In this document: positions 15,452-24,875 of the stretch, in pieces | Numbering within the stretch: the first letter of the stretch is position 1 | How the letters are laid out: each line of letters opens with the position of its first letter | Source of the DNA: Victivallales bacterium | Lineage (GTDB): Bacteria > Verrucomicrobiota > Lentisphaeria > Oligosphaerales > Oligosphaeraceae | Direction of reading: 5' to 3' | Assembly: GCA_017538465.1 (NCBI GenBank) | Contig: JAFYIW010000348.1 | Coordinates: 1-24,875 of the forward strand | Length of the DNA: 24,875 bases | Position numbers and translations under genes: made by a program | Notes under the pieces: generated by a model | What the model was told of the DNA's origin: nothing | Database searches by the model: none | Seen by the model: only the letters and a program-made list of their open reading frames with translations

Positions 15452-16843
15452 ATGAGTTCCGAAATCATCTATTCTGATAATTTTCCCGCTCCGCCCGCCC
15501 GACTCTTTTTCGTGGGCATTGGTGGCATTGGCATGAGCGGTCTGGCGCAGTTCCTGCGCTGGCAGGGCTATGCGGTCGCCGGCAGCGATCGCGGACTGGC
15601 GGAACCCGCCCGCGCCCAACTCTACGCCCAGCTCCGTGCCCAGGGCATCGCGCTTTATCCCCAGGACGGCTCTGGACCACGGGATTTCCAGCCTGACGCT
15701 TTTGTGGTCTCGACCGCCATCGAGCCGGACAACGCGGATTTGGCCGCCGCGCCGCAGGTACCGATTTTCCACCGCGCCTTCACGTTGGCGCGGGCGTGCG
15801 AACGGCAGGGTGCCACGCTGATTGGCGTGGCGGGCTCCTGCGGCAAGACCTCCGTCACGGGATGGATTGCCAGCGCACTGAAGACGCTTGGCCGTCGAAT
15901 CGTGATGATTGACGGTGGCTACACGCTCGATTTCGAGGACGCCGACTATCCGGGAAATTTCTTTGCCGAAGACACCCCCGGGTTCATCGTCGCCGAAATC
16001 GACGAAAGCGACAAATCCATCCGCGAGTTCTCGCCGGAATACGCCGTGGTCCTCAATGTCGGTCACGACCACTACGGGATGGACGAACTGCGCGAGGTCT
16101 TCCGCGCCTTCCTCTCCCGTGCGAAACGCGGCGCGGTCTATCCGGCGACGGAGCCGTCTTTGAAGCCCGCGCAATGCCCGTCCATGGCCTTCCAAGAGGA
16201 GGCACCGGGCTATGCGGTGGATGCACACGGAATTCACTTCGAAGTGGCATCAGGCGTCATGGTCCATAGTCTCCAGGCCGGACAGCATAGCGCCTGGAAT
16301 GGCCAGGCGGTGTTTGCACTGTTGCGGCAGGCATTGCCGGAGGCCTCCGATGCGGATTTGGCGACCGCGATGGGGGGCTTCCGCGGTGTGCGCCAGCGCT
16401 TCGAAATCATGAGCAATGCCAATTCTCCTGTTGCGGTGATCAATGACTTCGCGCACAACCCGGAGAAGCTCACCGCCGCGATTTCCGCCGCTCGCGAACG
16501 CTACGGCTCACCGCTGGCGATGGTCTGGCAGCCGCATGGCTTCAAGGCACTGGGCGACCAGCGCGAGGCTTTGCAGGAGGCTCTGCGTGGTGTTCTTCGT
16601 CCGGAAGACCAATTCCTGATGCTGCCCGTTTACTATGCGGGGGGAACCACCTCTGGCAAGCCGACCTCTCTGGAAGTATGCGAGCAATATGCGGCGTCGG
16701 GACTGCCGGTGGAATATGTCGCCACGCGCGAAGCAGCCGAAGCGCGTTTCCGTGCAATGACTACTGCCAAGGCGTGGCTGGTCCTGGGCGCCCGCGATGC
16801 CTCGTTGCGGACTTGGTCCAAGGCGCTAGCGAAGGATAATTAG
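15452..16843 (+). CDS. murC: Mur ligase, MurC-like (UDP-MurNAc--amino acid ligase), divergent
   Basis: Motifs GIGGIGMSGLA, VAGSD, P-loop GSCGKTS, EIDESD, NVGHDH, GVRQRFE, NDFAHNP and QPH. Confidence 0.7.
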   Translation: MSSEIIYSDNFPAPPARLFFVGIGGIGMSGLAQFLRWQGYAVAGSDRGLAEPARAQLYAQLRAQGIALYPQDGSGPRDFQPDAFVVSTAIEPDNADLAAAPQVPIFHRAFTLARACERQGATLIGVAGSCGKTSVTGWIASALKTLGRRIVMIDGGYTLDFEDADYPGNFFAEDTPGFIVAEIDESDKSIREFSPEYAVVLNVGHDHYGMDELREVFRAFLSRAKRGAVYPATEPSLKPAQCPSMAFQEEAPGYAVDAHGIHFEVASGVMVHSLQAGQHSAWNGQAVFALLRQALPEASDADLATAMGGFRGVRQRFEIMSNANSPVAVINDFAHNPEKLTAAISAARERYGSPLAMVWQPHGFKALGDQREALQEALRGVLRPEDQFLMLPVYYAGGTTSGKPTSLEVCEQYAASGLPVEYVATREAAEARFRAMTTAKAWLVLGARDASLRTWSKALAKDN

Positions 16844-16896
16844 TTATTTAGGTGTTCGCTTGTCGGTTTTTCTGTGCCTGGGGCGAGGGTGGAAAC

Positions 16897-18558
16897 CTAT
16901 CGCTTATCGTCCGACAATCCAGTATGGCGTTGGATTTCATGGAGGCAACAATGTTTCACGGCATTGTCCTCGGCAAAAAGATACACTCCTCCCTTGGTTC
17001 GGGTGAGGGCAGTGTATAGCAATTCGCGGGTTAACATGGATTGGACGGGGTTTTCCTCATTATATGTATTGATAGGTGGCAAGACAATGATGACGTCATT
17101 GAACTCAGAGCCTTGCACTTTATGAATGGTCGAGGCGAAAGCCATTTCCCGGTTCGGAAGAAGGGGTAGCGAGATGCTCCGAATCCCGTCTGCCTCTGGC
17201 AGAAAGAGTTTTTCGCCTTGCGCAGGGAGGATGACTCCGACATCGCCGTTGCTGACTCCTAGATTCTTGTCATTTTTGGTGATCATCATCGGGATCGGAC
17301 AATTTCGGTTCCTTTTCTGAAGTTTTCCCAGCACCAGTTGGTTCAATTTTTCACCGCCGAATCTGCCTTTTCGCACGGCACAGAGAATTTTGCAGTCATT
17401 CAATGCCGCGAGCGCGCCTTCGGGAGTGTCCTGTTGACAAAATGCCGAAAAGTGCTCCTCGATGATTTTGCCAAAACTCGTCTTTGAATCGGCATGCTCC
17501 CCTTCCGTATCCGTTTTCAGACGATTGCAGTAATGGACAAATTCCTGCCCGGCCTTCAGACAGTCGAGCGCGCCCTCGGCATCCCCGTTTTTTATGCATT
17601 CGGCCAACTTTGCGATTTCTCCGTCAGCCGGGAAACGCTTGCTGTCACGTAGTTCGCATTTGCAGCCATTTTCAGCGATGATTCGCATTTTGCACAAGTC
17701 GCCAAAGACTCGTCCAGGCTCCACCGACGAAAGCTGGCTGGCGTCGCCGACAAGAGTCAGGCCACATTGCTCCGGCAAGGCATCCAGCAACTTTGCCATC
17801 ATCGAGAGCGAGATCATGCTCGCCTCATCCACAATCAGCCAGTCCAAATCCAACGGGTTGGAGTGGTCATGTCTGAATGTGACAAAGTCGTAATTGGAAC
17901 CGAGCAGGGAATGGAGCGTGGTGGTGTCTGGGATATTGTCCAGTCCGAGAACCTTCGCTTCCTTGACCATGGCCTCCTTCACGCGGGTGGCCGCCTTTCC
18001 CGTCGGCGCGGCCAGACCGAGGCGAAGGTCTGGCTTTTGCCCTTGGATGAGCTTCACGGCACGGGCGATGGTGTAGGTTTTTCCCGTGCCTGGACCGCCA
18101 GTCATTATCGTGAACCGATGACTTCCCAGCTTCTGGATAGCCTCGCGCTGAAGGCCATTCAAATTCTTGAATGCGCCGTCCCCCGGAATGTCGATGGCGT
18201 TTTCGAATGGCGGTTTTCCGCCCGCCATGGATTTGATCCGTTCCCTGACAAATTGTTCATGGCACCAGTTCCGTCTGGTGTAGAGGCGATTATGTGCGAG
18301 CACAAACAACTTGTCGCATGGTTTGGATTCTGGTTTTGATGCATCCGCGATAAAGACAAGCGGGGACGCCTTCAGCAATTCAACCTCATCATCATTCAAC
18401 GGGATGCAGACCCCGCCACTCTCCTCTCCCGCCATCGTCCGGCCACAGATTTCAGCCACCCTTTCATCCATGCCGGCACGCAGGACGAAAGAGCGTACCA
18501 GCCTGGCAATGGCGCTTTCGGCAAAGAGTTCATTCGTATCGGCTGTTTCGTGGTTCAT
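16897..18558 (-). CDS. recD: Exodeoxyribonuclease V subunit alpha (RecD)
   Basis: Walker A GGPGTGKT, APTGKAA, TTLHSLL, DEASM, GDASQLSSV, TIHKVQGSEF and YTALTR. Start overlaps the recB stop (ATGA at 18555-18558). Confidence 0.95.
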   Translation of the reverse strand: MNHETADTNELFAESAIARLVRSFVLRAGMDERVAEICGRTMAGEESGGVCIPLNDDEVELLKASPLVFIADASKPESKPCDKLFVLAHNRLYTRRNWCHEQFVRERIKSMAGGKPPFENAIDIPGDGAFKNLNGLQREAIQKLGSHRFTIMTGGPGTGKTYTIARAVKLIQGQKPDLRLGLAAPTGKAATRVKEAMVKEAKVLGLDNIPDTTTLHSLLGSNYDFVTFRHDHSNPLDLDWLIVDEASMISLSMMAKLLDALPEQCGLTLVGDASQLSSVEPGRVFGDLCKMRIIAENGCKCELRDSKRFPADGEIAKLAECIKNGDAEGALDCLKAGQEFVHYCNRLKTDTEGEHADSKTSFGKIIEEHFSAFCQQDTPEGALAALNDCKILCAVRKGRFGGEKLNQLVLGKLQKRNRNCPIPMMITKNDKNLGVSNGDVGVILPAQGEKLFLPEADGIRSISLPLLPNREMAFASTIHKVQGSEFNDVIIVLPPINTYNEENPVQSMLTRELLYTALTRTKGGVYLFAEDNAVKHCCLHEIQRHTGLSDDKR

Positions 18559-21500
18559 CCGTTCACCTCCATTCCCAAAGTCCGGGAAAATTCGTCAAGC
18601 AATGTTTCGGCTGGCCGGTCTTCAAAGACCGCCGCATCACTTTGGGCGGTGATGCCGCGCAGGAAAAAGTAGCGCACGCCACCGAAATTTCGCTCCCAAG
18701 AATAGCTATCGCCCAATCTGGATTTAAGATACTGGTGCAGGACGGCCGCATAAAGCATATACTGGAAGAAGTAGCCATGCTTCGCCATTTCCATGCGGAT
18801 GCCGTCTGCCGTGAAATTCGCGATGTCATTGCCCAGGCTGTTGGATTTCCAGTCGATGATATAGAAGAATCCGTCATGACGGAATACCAAATCCATAAAG
18901 CCTAAAAGAAAGCCCTGGGGAATCGGCCGGTCCCACTGGTTCATGGCGTTGATGAACTCCCGTTTGGCGGGATCGTTTGCCCAATGTCTCAGAAGGATTT
19001 CCCTGAGCGCCGAAGTCGTTTTTGATGCATCGGCGGACGAGAAGGTGAACTCCTGTTCGCTAAGGCGATTGGCCCAGGATATGTCCCGCAGGGGGAAAAG
19101 CTTCCCCTCTGGGGAGGTGATTGGATATCGTAGCGTCTCCGCCACCATCTTGACCGTGACATCAAGCGTCTTCGCCGGCTTGTATCCGCTATTTTGCAGT
19201 TCCGCCTCCGCGACGCTTCTGATCTTTCCCTCGTCCGCGTCAAAGGGGATCTTCTCCAAGATGTTGTGCCAGCAGGTGCCAAGCCGGGCGCCGGCGGGAA
19301 TGGTGAAGATGGGGTGGACATCCTCGTTGTCGGAATCGTAGAGGGGCGAGTCAACCTCATCGCGATCACGCGAAGCATCGAAGTCATTCTTTCCAGGTCC
19401 AGGCGCCAGGGAGGTGTAGCTGCCTCTGACCGGAGGCTGGCGGTCAAACGACCTTGGATCCAGCGCGTTTCTGGCTGTCTCCGGCGGCAAATCTGGCGTA
19501 TAATAGCCTTCCGCCATTCTGACTTCCGTGTCTTTCAGCCACTCGTATGGGGGATTGTCGCCAGAGTTGTCTTTCAGGTTCCGGAGCAGATTCTTCAGCG
19601 GCTCGTTCAGCTTTTCCAAAGCCTCCAAACTCGGTGTGAAAAGAATGGTCTGCTGAATGGCACGCGTGAGCGCCACATATAGCAGGCGGATTTTCTCAAG
19701 ATGCAATTCCGCCTCCGCCTTCGCTTTTCCCGGTTTCCCCGGGGCGAAAACCAATTGGTTTTGGTTCATTTCATCATGATAGTAAGGCAACGGGAATTGA
19801 TTTCTGGGGTCATGTCTGCTACAGATCGTCCAGCAGTCCGGCAAAAAGACAACGGGAAACTGGAGACCTTTTGAGGCATGGATGGTCAGGATTTTGACGG
19901 CTTCGCCATCGGTCTCCAGTTCGCGTTCGTATTCCTCCGAATCACTTTCTTCTCCGCTCGCCGACGAGGTGCGGATGCGCTCATTCAGCCAGTCGATAAG
20001 CGCCTCCGGCGTTGAGTCGATTGTCTTGGTGGCGGCACAGCACAGCTCCATGATCTGCCCGATGTCGGAGAGCAGACGCTCTCCATTCGGGGCCTGGGCC
20101 AGGCGTTGCAGATACCCTTCCTGCTCCATTCGGTTTGACAACGCAACAAAGCCACGCGTGAGCCAGACATTCTTCAGTTCCCTGAAGTGCTCGATATGTC
20201 CAGTCAGGTCCTCCGGGGTCTCCAGGGTGGCGACCTCCTGGGGGGAGCAGCCACCGAAGACGGTGAGCAATGCCGCCCGCAGATGCTCGTTTGCGCCTGG
20301 CCAGGAGGTGCCTGCCTCGGCAATCGCCTCCAGAAATACTTTCAGCCGCTGGGCAATAGGGGTGCCGAAGACATTTCCCGGATTCCGAATCACGCACGGA
20401 ATCCCCTTCGCCAAGAGTTTCTCCTGCAGTGTCGACATGTCGCTTTTCGCATTCATCAGAATCGCGATGTCTTTGGGGGTGAAGATGCGTTTTCCCACGG
20501 CATCCCGCTGATTCAGAATATCCAGAATCTGCCCGGTCATCCTATCGATGATGGCGGGCATGTCTTTAATTTTGGCAGGAGAATCGTCAGCCGGGGTAAA
20601 CTCGATAATCCGGAGCGGCCTCTCCAACGGCGTTCCCTTGATTTTGTCCGGGGCGGCTTTGGCGATGGAGGGATGATAGGCTATGGTCTTGTCACCGAAG
20701 GTCTCGCCAGGAGCGTTTTCGTGAAACATGGCGTTGACGACATCCACCAGCCGTCCAATGGAGCGGTGGTTGGCATTGATGAAGTGCTCCTGCAAATTCC
20801 CTTCGTTTTTGGCCGTGAAATAGGTATAGATGTCCCCGCCGCGAAAAGCATAGATGGCCTGTTTCGGGTCGCCTACGAAATACACTGGGCAGGGATGCTC
20901 CTTGTCCAGGAAGATATTCTTGAAGATGTCGTATTGAACGGGATCCGTGTCCTGGAATTCGTCAATCAGTGCCACCTTGTATTCCTCGCGCAACTTGTCG
21001 GCCAGTGCCTTTCCGTAGGTTTTGTTTTTCAGGGCATCTCTCAAGGCTCTCAGCAGATCATCGAAGTTCAGGCTTTCGCGCTCATAACGCTCTTGCTCAT
21101 ATTTTCCAACAATGTCGTTGGCGACCTGGAGAGTCGGATCATCGGAAAGAATCGTGTAATCGGTCTTGTCGCCTAATTTCAGGACATATTTTTGCAAGTT
21201 GTTCAGGGGGATGTTCTTGTGTGTCCGCCACCAGTCCAAGACACGGGCCCGCAAATCCGCAGCCTTGCTGTTTTGGATTTCCTGAGACAAGTTCATGCCA
21301 GTCTCAAAGGCGTAGCGGGTTAGCACACGTTGGCAAAAGCCGTGGATGGTCGAAATGGCGGCATAGTCGAACTCTAGCAGGGCTAGTTCCACTCGTTGCC
21401 GAGCGGAGGCCTTGTCGGATGGGCATGCGATGAGTTTGCCCGCCCGTTCAGCCCGCTCGTGAATCTCCCTTTCGCTTTTTCCCTCGCAGGGGATCCCGGC

Positions 21501-21743
21501 AAAACACCTTTGCAAATCCTCCAGGACGGTGTGGAGACGTTCGCGCAGTTCCTTGGTGGCGGCCTCCGTATAGGTCATCACGAGGATATTGGCGACTTTG
21601 AAATCCGTCTCCATAATGAATCGTGCATAGAGATTCTGGATGTTATAGGTTTTTCCCGTGCCTGCCGAGGCTTCGATAAGATGCGCTCCCTGGTTCACCT
21701 GAAAAGTGGGACTGTAGATTTCGTTGTTGAAGTCATGGTCCAT
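18555..21743 (-). CDS. recB: Exodeoxyribonuclease V subunit beta (RecB), helicase plus nuclease
   Basis: Helicase motifs EASAGTGKT, TIHGFCQRVL, DEFQDTD, VGDPKQAIYAFRG, TIHASKGLQF and LYVALTRA. Nuclease motifs GTCWHNILE, GFMDLVF, IIDWKS and QYMLY. Confidence 0.95.
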   Translation of the reverse strand: MDHDFNNEIYSPTFQVNQGAHLIEASAGTGKTYNIQNLYARFIMETDFKVANILVMTYTEAATKELRERLHTVLEDLQRCFAGIPCEGKSEREIHERAERAGKLIACPSDKASARQRVELALLEFDYAAISTIHGFCQRVLTRYAFETGMNLSQEIQNSKAADLRARVLDWWRTHKNIPLNNLQKYVLKLGDKTDYTILSDDPTLQVANDIVGKYEQERYERESLNFDDLLRALRDALKNKTYGKALADKLREEYKVALIDEFQDTDPVQYDIFKNIFLDKEHPCPVYFVGDPKQAIYAFRGGDIYTYFTAKNEGNLQEHFINANHRSIGRLVDVVNAMFHENAPGETFGDKTIAYHPSIAKAAPDKIKGTPLERPLRIIEFTPADDSPAKIKDMPAIIDRMTGQILDILNQRDAVGKRIFTPKDIAILMNAKSDMSTLQEKLLAKGIPCVIRNPGNVFGTPIAQRLKVFLEAIAEAGTSWPGANEHLRAALLTVFGGCSPQEVATLETPEDLTGHIEHFRELKNVWLTRGFVALSNRMEQEGYLQRLAQAPNGERLLSDIGQIMELCCAATKTIDSTPEALIDWLNERIRTSSASGEESDSEEYERELETDGEAVKILTIHASKGLQFPVVFLPDCWTICSRHDPRNQFPLPYYHDEMNQNQLVFAPGKPGKAKAEAELHLEKIRLLYVALTRAIQQTILFTPSLEALEKLNEPLKNLLRNLKDNSGDNPPYEWLKDTEVRMAEGYYTPDLPPETARNALDPRSFDRQPPVRGSYTSLAPGPGKNDFDASRDRDEVDSPLYDSDNEDVHPIFTIPAGARLGTCWHNILEKIPFDADEGKIRSVAEAELQNSGYKPAKTLDVTVKMVAETLRYPITSPEGKLFPLRDISWANRLSEQEFTFSSADASKTTSALREILLRHWANDPAKREFINAMNQWDRPIPQGFLLGFMDLVFRHDGFFYIIDWKSNSLGNDIANFTADGIRMEMAKHGYFFQYMLYAAVLHQYLKSRLGDSYSWERNFGGVRYFFLRGITAQSDAAVFEDRPAETLLDEFSRTLGMEVNG

Positions 21744-21767
21744 AATTATGTCAATCTCCGTTGCATT

Positions 21768-24700
21768 TCAAATGATTTGGATTCCATCCAGCGGGGCTAG
21801 CCATTCCTTGGGAAGGATATCGTCTTTTGGCATTGTTTTCTCGAGATCAGGATATTCCACAGGCGTCGGCCCAGTGGCCAATTCCAGCAGAGACCCCAGT
21901 AGCTTTTCAGCTACGTTCTTGTCCAGCGGCAGGCAGCAACGCATTGTATCGGGGCTGAATGCGATGGTCGTGATATCACCGTCCCGCACTGCATTGAAAA
22001 CCAAGTGACGGATTTTGATTTCCACAAGTGTGGAATCGTATATGCCATCAGCCCAAAAGAAGACATGTGGTTTTGAATTGCCGTCGCCGGTCTGAAGGCG
22101 GATGGTGCCATAACTGCCTTTCAAACGGACTGTCCCTCCTGCTGACATGGGCAGTTCAAGAACAAAATCCTCTGTCGGCTGTTCCAGGGAAGCATTGTAG
22201 GTCTTTGCCAAATTGAGCGGGTTGCCGTCATCTCCCATGCATGCATAGAGGATTGTCTTGCTTTTGCCTTTGCCTTGGGTAAATTCAATGACTCGTTCAT
22301 AATGATTTTGGGCATTGACAATGGCATTTTCTGCCGAATCTTCATCAGGAGCGTTTCCCATTTCCACTACCAATTGAGCGGGAGGCTGATTGACCGGGAC
22401 TTTCTCCAGTGCAAGTCGCTTTTGTAGTGCCTTGTCAAGGGTTGCCATCAGGCATTCGTCATCATTGAGTTCACTCGTCCAGGGAGTTTTTGCCTTCAGC
22501 CGTTTTTCGAGCAGGAAGCGATTGGGGTGGGCGAAGAACTCCACAAAGTCGTCCAAGGCGATTTCCGTCACGCCATCTACTTTTAGCGGGAATGCCACAA
22601 GAGACGAGGCGGTTGCCGGATTCGCCGGGGCCTTCCGCGCCTCATCCAGAGACTTTGCCATTTCTTCGTATGTCCTGGAATAACTTGGCGGCAGTTGTGC
22701 CTCCATCTGGGATGTCTCAATGAAATACCGATGGCTATAGCCTTGAAGTGGATGATTGTAGGTAGTGAACGCAATCTGTCTGGCCTTGAAATAGTCCGTC
22801 AGATTGGTTAGCAGGACGGAGGATGGGATGTCTTCGTTGGAGCGCATTTCCTTCCCGACGAAACTGAACGACAGGAACTTTTCTGCGCAGAGTGCTGCCT
22901 TCAACAGGGCGAAGGCATCCTTCTCCCTGGCAGTGGCGTCGAACAGGCTGGGATGCCGTCCAATTGCATCGAAGGATGCCTGGCGGTCCACCCGCGGGAA
23001 TACCCCGTCGTTCAGACCACAGATCCAGACGAATTTATGGGGTGTCGCCGTATAGGCGTTCAGCGGAGCGAACTGGACGGCATCGGCGGGAGTTCTACGT
23101 CCTGGCATCTGGCTATTGATTGCCTCCTGCATTGCCTGGATGAAGACTTCCCCTTCGATTTCAGCGTCTTTGAGTCCGGCGGCCAGCATATTCTCGGCAA
23201 CCGAATGGATTGCCGTGCGAATTCTGTTCAACTCCAATGAATTGTCATTGCTCTCTACATAAAATGTGTTGATGATTTCCAGAAGCCTTTCCCGAGTCGT
23301 TTCCGGCGTGGCTTTATTCCCTTGGGAAAACTCTCCGCGGATCCTAGCCAAATCTCCGACGAGCGACCACAGGGCGGCCACGCTTTTCGCACGCTCTCCC
23401 TCCACATGCCCGATGGGGTGCAATTGCCCAGGCAGGTCGCCGACCGTCAATAGCAGTTCCTCATTCTCCGGGAAACCGTAGAGCAATTCCGCGGTCAGGC
23501 GGTCTAGCCCTCGTTGCCAGGTGAACGGATAAGGGCCATCCGCCTTGTCCAGTTTCAGGATATGTGCGACATCATCATCGTTCAATCCCCAGTGGATATT
23601 GGCCTTTCTGCTCATGTCGCAAAGAGCATCGACGGCATTTTCGTCCAAGCCGTATTTCGTCCGAATCGCGGGAATATCCAGCAACTTGAAAACAGCGCTT
23701 GCCTCGAAGCGGTTTTTTCTGAATTCCAACAATTTTACAAATGATTGCATAAGCGGCGTGCTGCCCGCAATTCCTCCCATCGTGATTGGTATGTAGCCCG
23801 CATTTTCAGGCATCGACGGGAAGACCGCATCGACAAATGGTGCATAGGTCTCCCAGTTTGCGCAAAGCACCAACGCCTCATGGGGGGCATTCCGCTCATC
23901 TTTCAAGAAGTCATGCAGACCGTCTTTGATTGCCTCCAATTCCCGACGGGGAGAATAGGTGCGATGGACACTGATCTGCATGTTTCCCATTGCCTCCAAG
24001 GGGTCCCGTCCTTCTGTCGGAGTTTCCACATCGCCCATGCAATCATCGCACAATGCCCCAAGAATTCCCCGTGCACCAGAGGCCATGGCTCCCAGCAGAC
24101 GCTCCTCTGGCGAGTCATAGAAACGCCCGATGTCAATGGACAACTCGCCGGGGGGCTGTGCCAGCTCCAGAGCCACCCGATGCTTCTTGAGATCATTCTG
24201 GATTTTCTCCCGCAACCGTCGAGCGACCTCTTTCTGGGAAGGCGTTTCCGCCAGCCAGTCATCCTTGGGATTGAAATTCCAGAAGGTCATCGGCATCGCC
24301 TCGGAGATTTTCTCCAGCAGCCGCAGCATCGGCTCGGGGATGAACGGAATGTCAAAGACAAAGACCGCCGGATAACGTGGGAATCCGACCTCGAATGCCT
24401 TTTTGGCGTCCGTCGCTGGACTCAATGCGTCCTCGAATTCCTTGGCGTATGAATTCTGATTCTCCTGAACCAATTCACGGTAGAGCGCAATTTGCCATTC
24501 TGGGACCTTGAAAACTGGTGCATGACAACTGCTGTCCTGCTCCCATTTGCGTAGCATCTTGAAGCGCGAGTTCAAGTAGTCGTCATAGAGGCACGCCAAT
24601 TTCGCCGAAAGGGAATACCGCTTGGTCGCACGTTTTTCCGTGGCTCCGTTCACATAGTTCAACAGCGCCTGTAATTCACCGTCGGGTGCGGCCTTTTCGA

Positions 24701-24875
24701 GAAGCCGATAGATGCGCCACGTCAGGATGCTTTTCGAATAAGGGTGCTGATTGGCATGACGCTCTCGTGGTGATTCTAGGCGAACCGTCGCCCCGAGCCA
24801 GTCGTTGACAAACTCGGGAAGCCGCACGAACTCAAGATCCATCATGATTTGCGGAATCTTTTTCTCAAGTAGAAA
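21768..24875 (-). CDS. recC: Exodeoxyribonuclease V subunit gamma (RecC), 5' end outside the window
   Basis: Frame stays open to the window edge (FLLEKKIPQI before MMDL). Motifs LACLYDDYL..R..ML..WE, WQ.ALYREL, HRTYSPRRELE, HWGL, TWQRGLDRL, CGLNDGVFPR and HPLQ.YS. Located upstream of recB-recD. Confidence 0.92.
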   Translation of the reverse strand, partial: FLLEKKIPQIMMDLEFVRLPEFVNDWLGATVRLESPRERHANQHPYSKSILTWRIYRLLEKAAPDGELQALLNYVNGATEKRATKRYSLSAKLACLYDDYLNSRFKMLRKWEQDSSCHAPVFKVPEWQIALYRELVQENQNSYAKEFEDALSPATDAKKAFEVGFPRYPAVFVFDIPFIPEPMLRLLEKISEAMPMTFWNFNPKDDWLAETPSQKEVARRLREKIQNDLKKHRVALELAQPPGELSIDIGRFYDSPEERLLGAMASGARGILGALCDDCMGDVETPTEGRDPLEAMGNMQISVHRTYSPRRELEAIKDGLHDFLKDERNAPHEALVLCANWETYAPFVDAVFPSMPENAGYIPITMGGIAGSTPLMQSFVKLLEFRKNRFEASAVFKLLDIPAIRTKYGLDENAVDALCDMSRKANIHWGLNDDDVAHILKLDKADGPYPFTWQRGLDRLTAELLYGFPENEELLLTVGDLPGQLHPIGHVEGERAKSVAALWSLVGDLARIRGEFSQGNKATPETTRERLLEIINTFYVESNDNSLELNRIRTAIHSVAENMLAAGLKDAEIEGEVFIQAMQEAINSQMPGRRTPADAVQFAPLNAYTATPHKFVWICGLNDGVFPRVDRQASFDAIGRHPSLFDATAREKDAFALLKAALCAEKFLSFSFVGKEMRSNEDIPSSVLLTNLTDYFKARQIAFTTYNHPLQGYSHRYFIETSQMEAQLPPSYSRTYEEMAKSLDEARKAPANPATASSLVAFPLKVDGVTEIALDDFVEFFAHPNRFLLEKRLKAKTPWTSELNDDECLMATLDKALQKRLALEKVPVNQPPAQLVVEMGNAPDEDSAENAIVNAQNHYERVIEFTQGKGKSKTILYACMGDDGNPLNLAKTYNASLEQPTEDFVLELPMSAGGTVRLKGSYGTIRLQTGDGNSKPHVFFWADGIYDSTLVEIKIRHLVFNAVRDGDITTIAFSPDTMRCCLPLDKNVAEKLLGSLLELATGPTPVEYPDLEKTMPKDDILPKEWLAPLDGIQII

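Noticed and set aside
1100-20751. At least seven E. coli Chi octamers (GCTGGTGG), e.g. 1100, 7310, 8358 and 14221 on plus; 4084, 5510 and 20744 on minus
   Set aside because: Explained by CTG-GTG (Leu-Val) codon pairs in a GC-rich genome. Chi is lineage-specific and orientation is mixed.
24843-24845. ATG at 24845 as the recC start
   Set aside because: The frame is open to the window edge and the N-terminal RecC segment is missing, so the gene starts outside the window.

Overview
GC-rich bacterial chromosomal window with about 64% GC over 1-16.8 kb and about 50-53% GC over 16.9-24.9 kb (hand-sampled estimates). Gene style suggests a PVC-group anaerobe such as Lentisphaerota or Kiritimatiellota, but this is a guess. 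From left to right it contains: (1) the 3' end of a type III glutamine synthetase; (2) a ~13.5 kb carbohydrate-utilisation-like cluster with no SusC/D, transporter or regulator gene in view; (3) a GT2 glycosyltransferase, a DEDDh exonuclease and a divergent stand-alone MurC-like ligase; (4) a convergent, lower-GC recC-recB-recD operon with recC cut by the window edge. The cluster encodes a two-SIS-domain protein resembling vertebrate glucokinase regulatory protein (GKRP) and MurQ, an MGH1/GH63-like hydrolase with an in-frame heptamer array, a Gfo/Idh/MocA oxidoreductase, a secreted GH123/DUF4091-like protein, and four paralogues of an uncharacterised secreted 'DEP' TIM-barrel family (three in tandem). 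Two tRNA-Leu genes sit in the middle of the cluster. The best candidates for new biology are the expanded secreted DEP family with its cluster, the single-chain GKRP-like protein that appears to keep one MurQ-type Glu pair, and a RecB apparently missing most of its 1B arm. No CRISPR array, integrase or transposase was seen. All family calls come from motif recognition by eye, not database searches.
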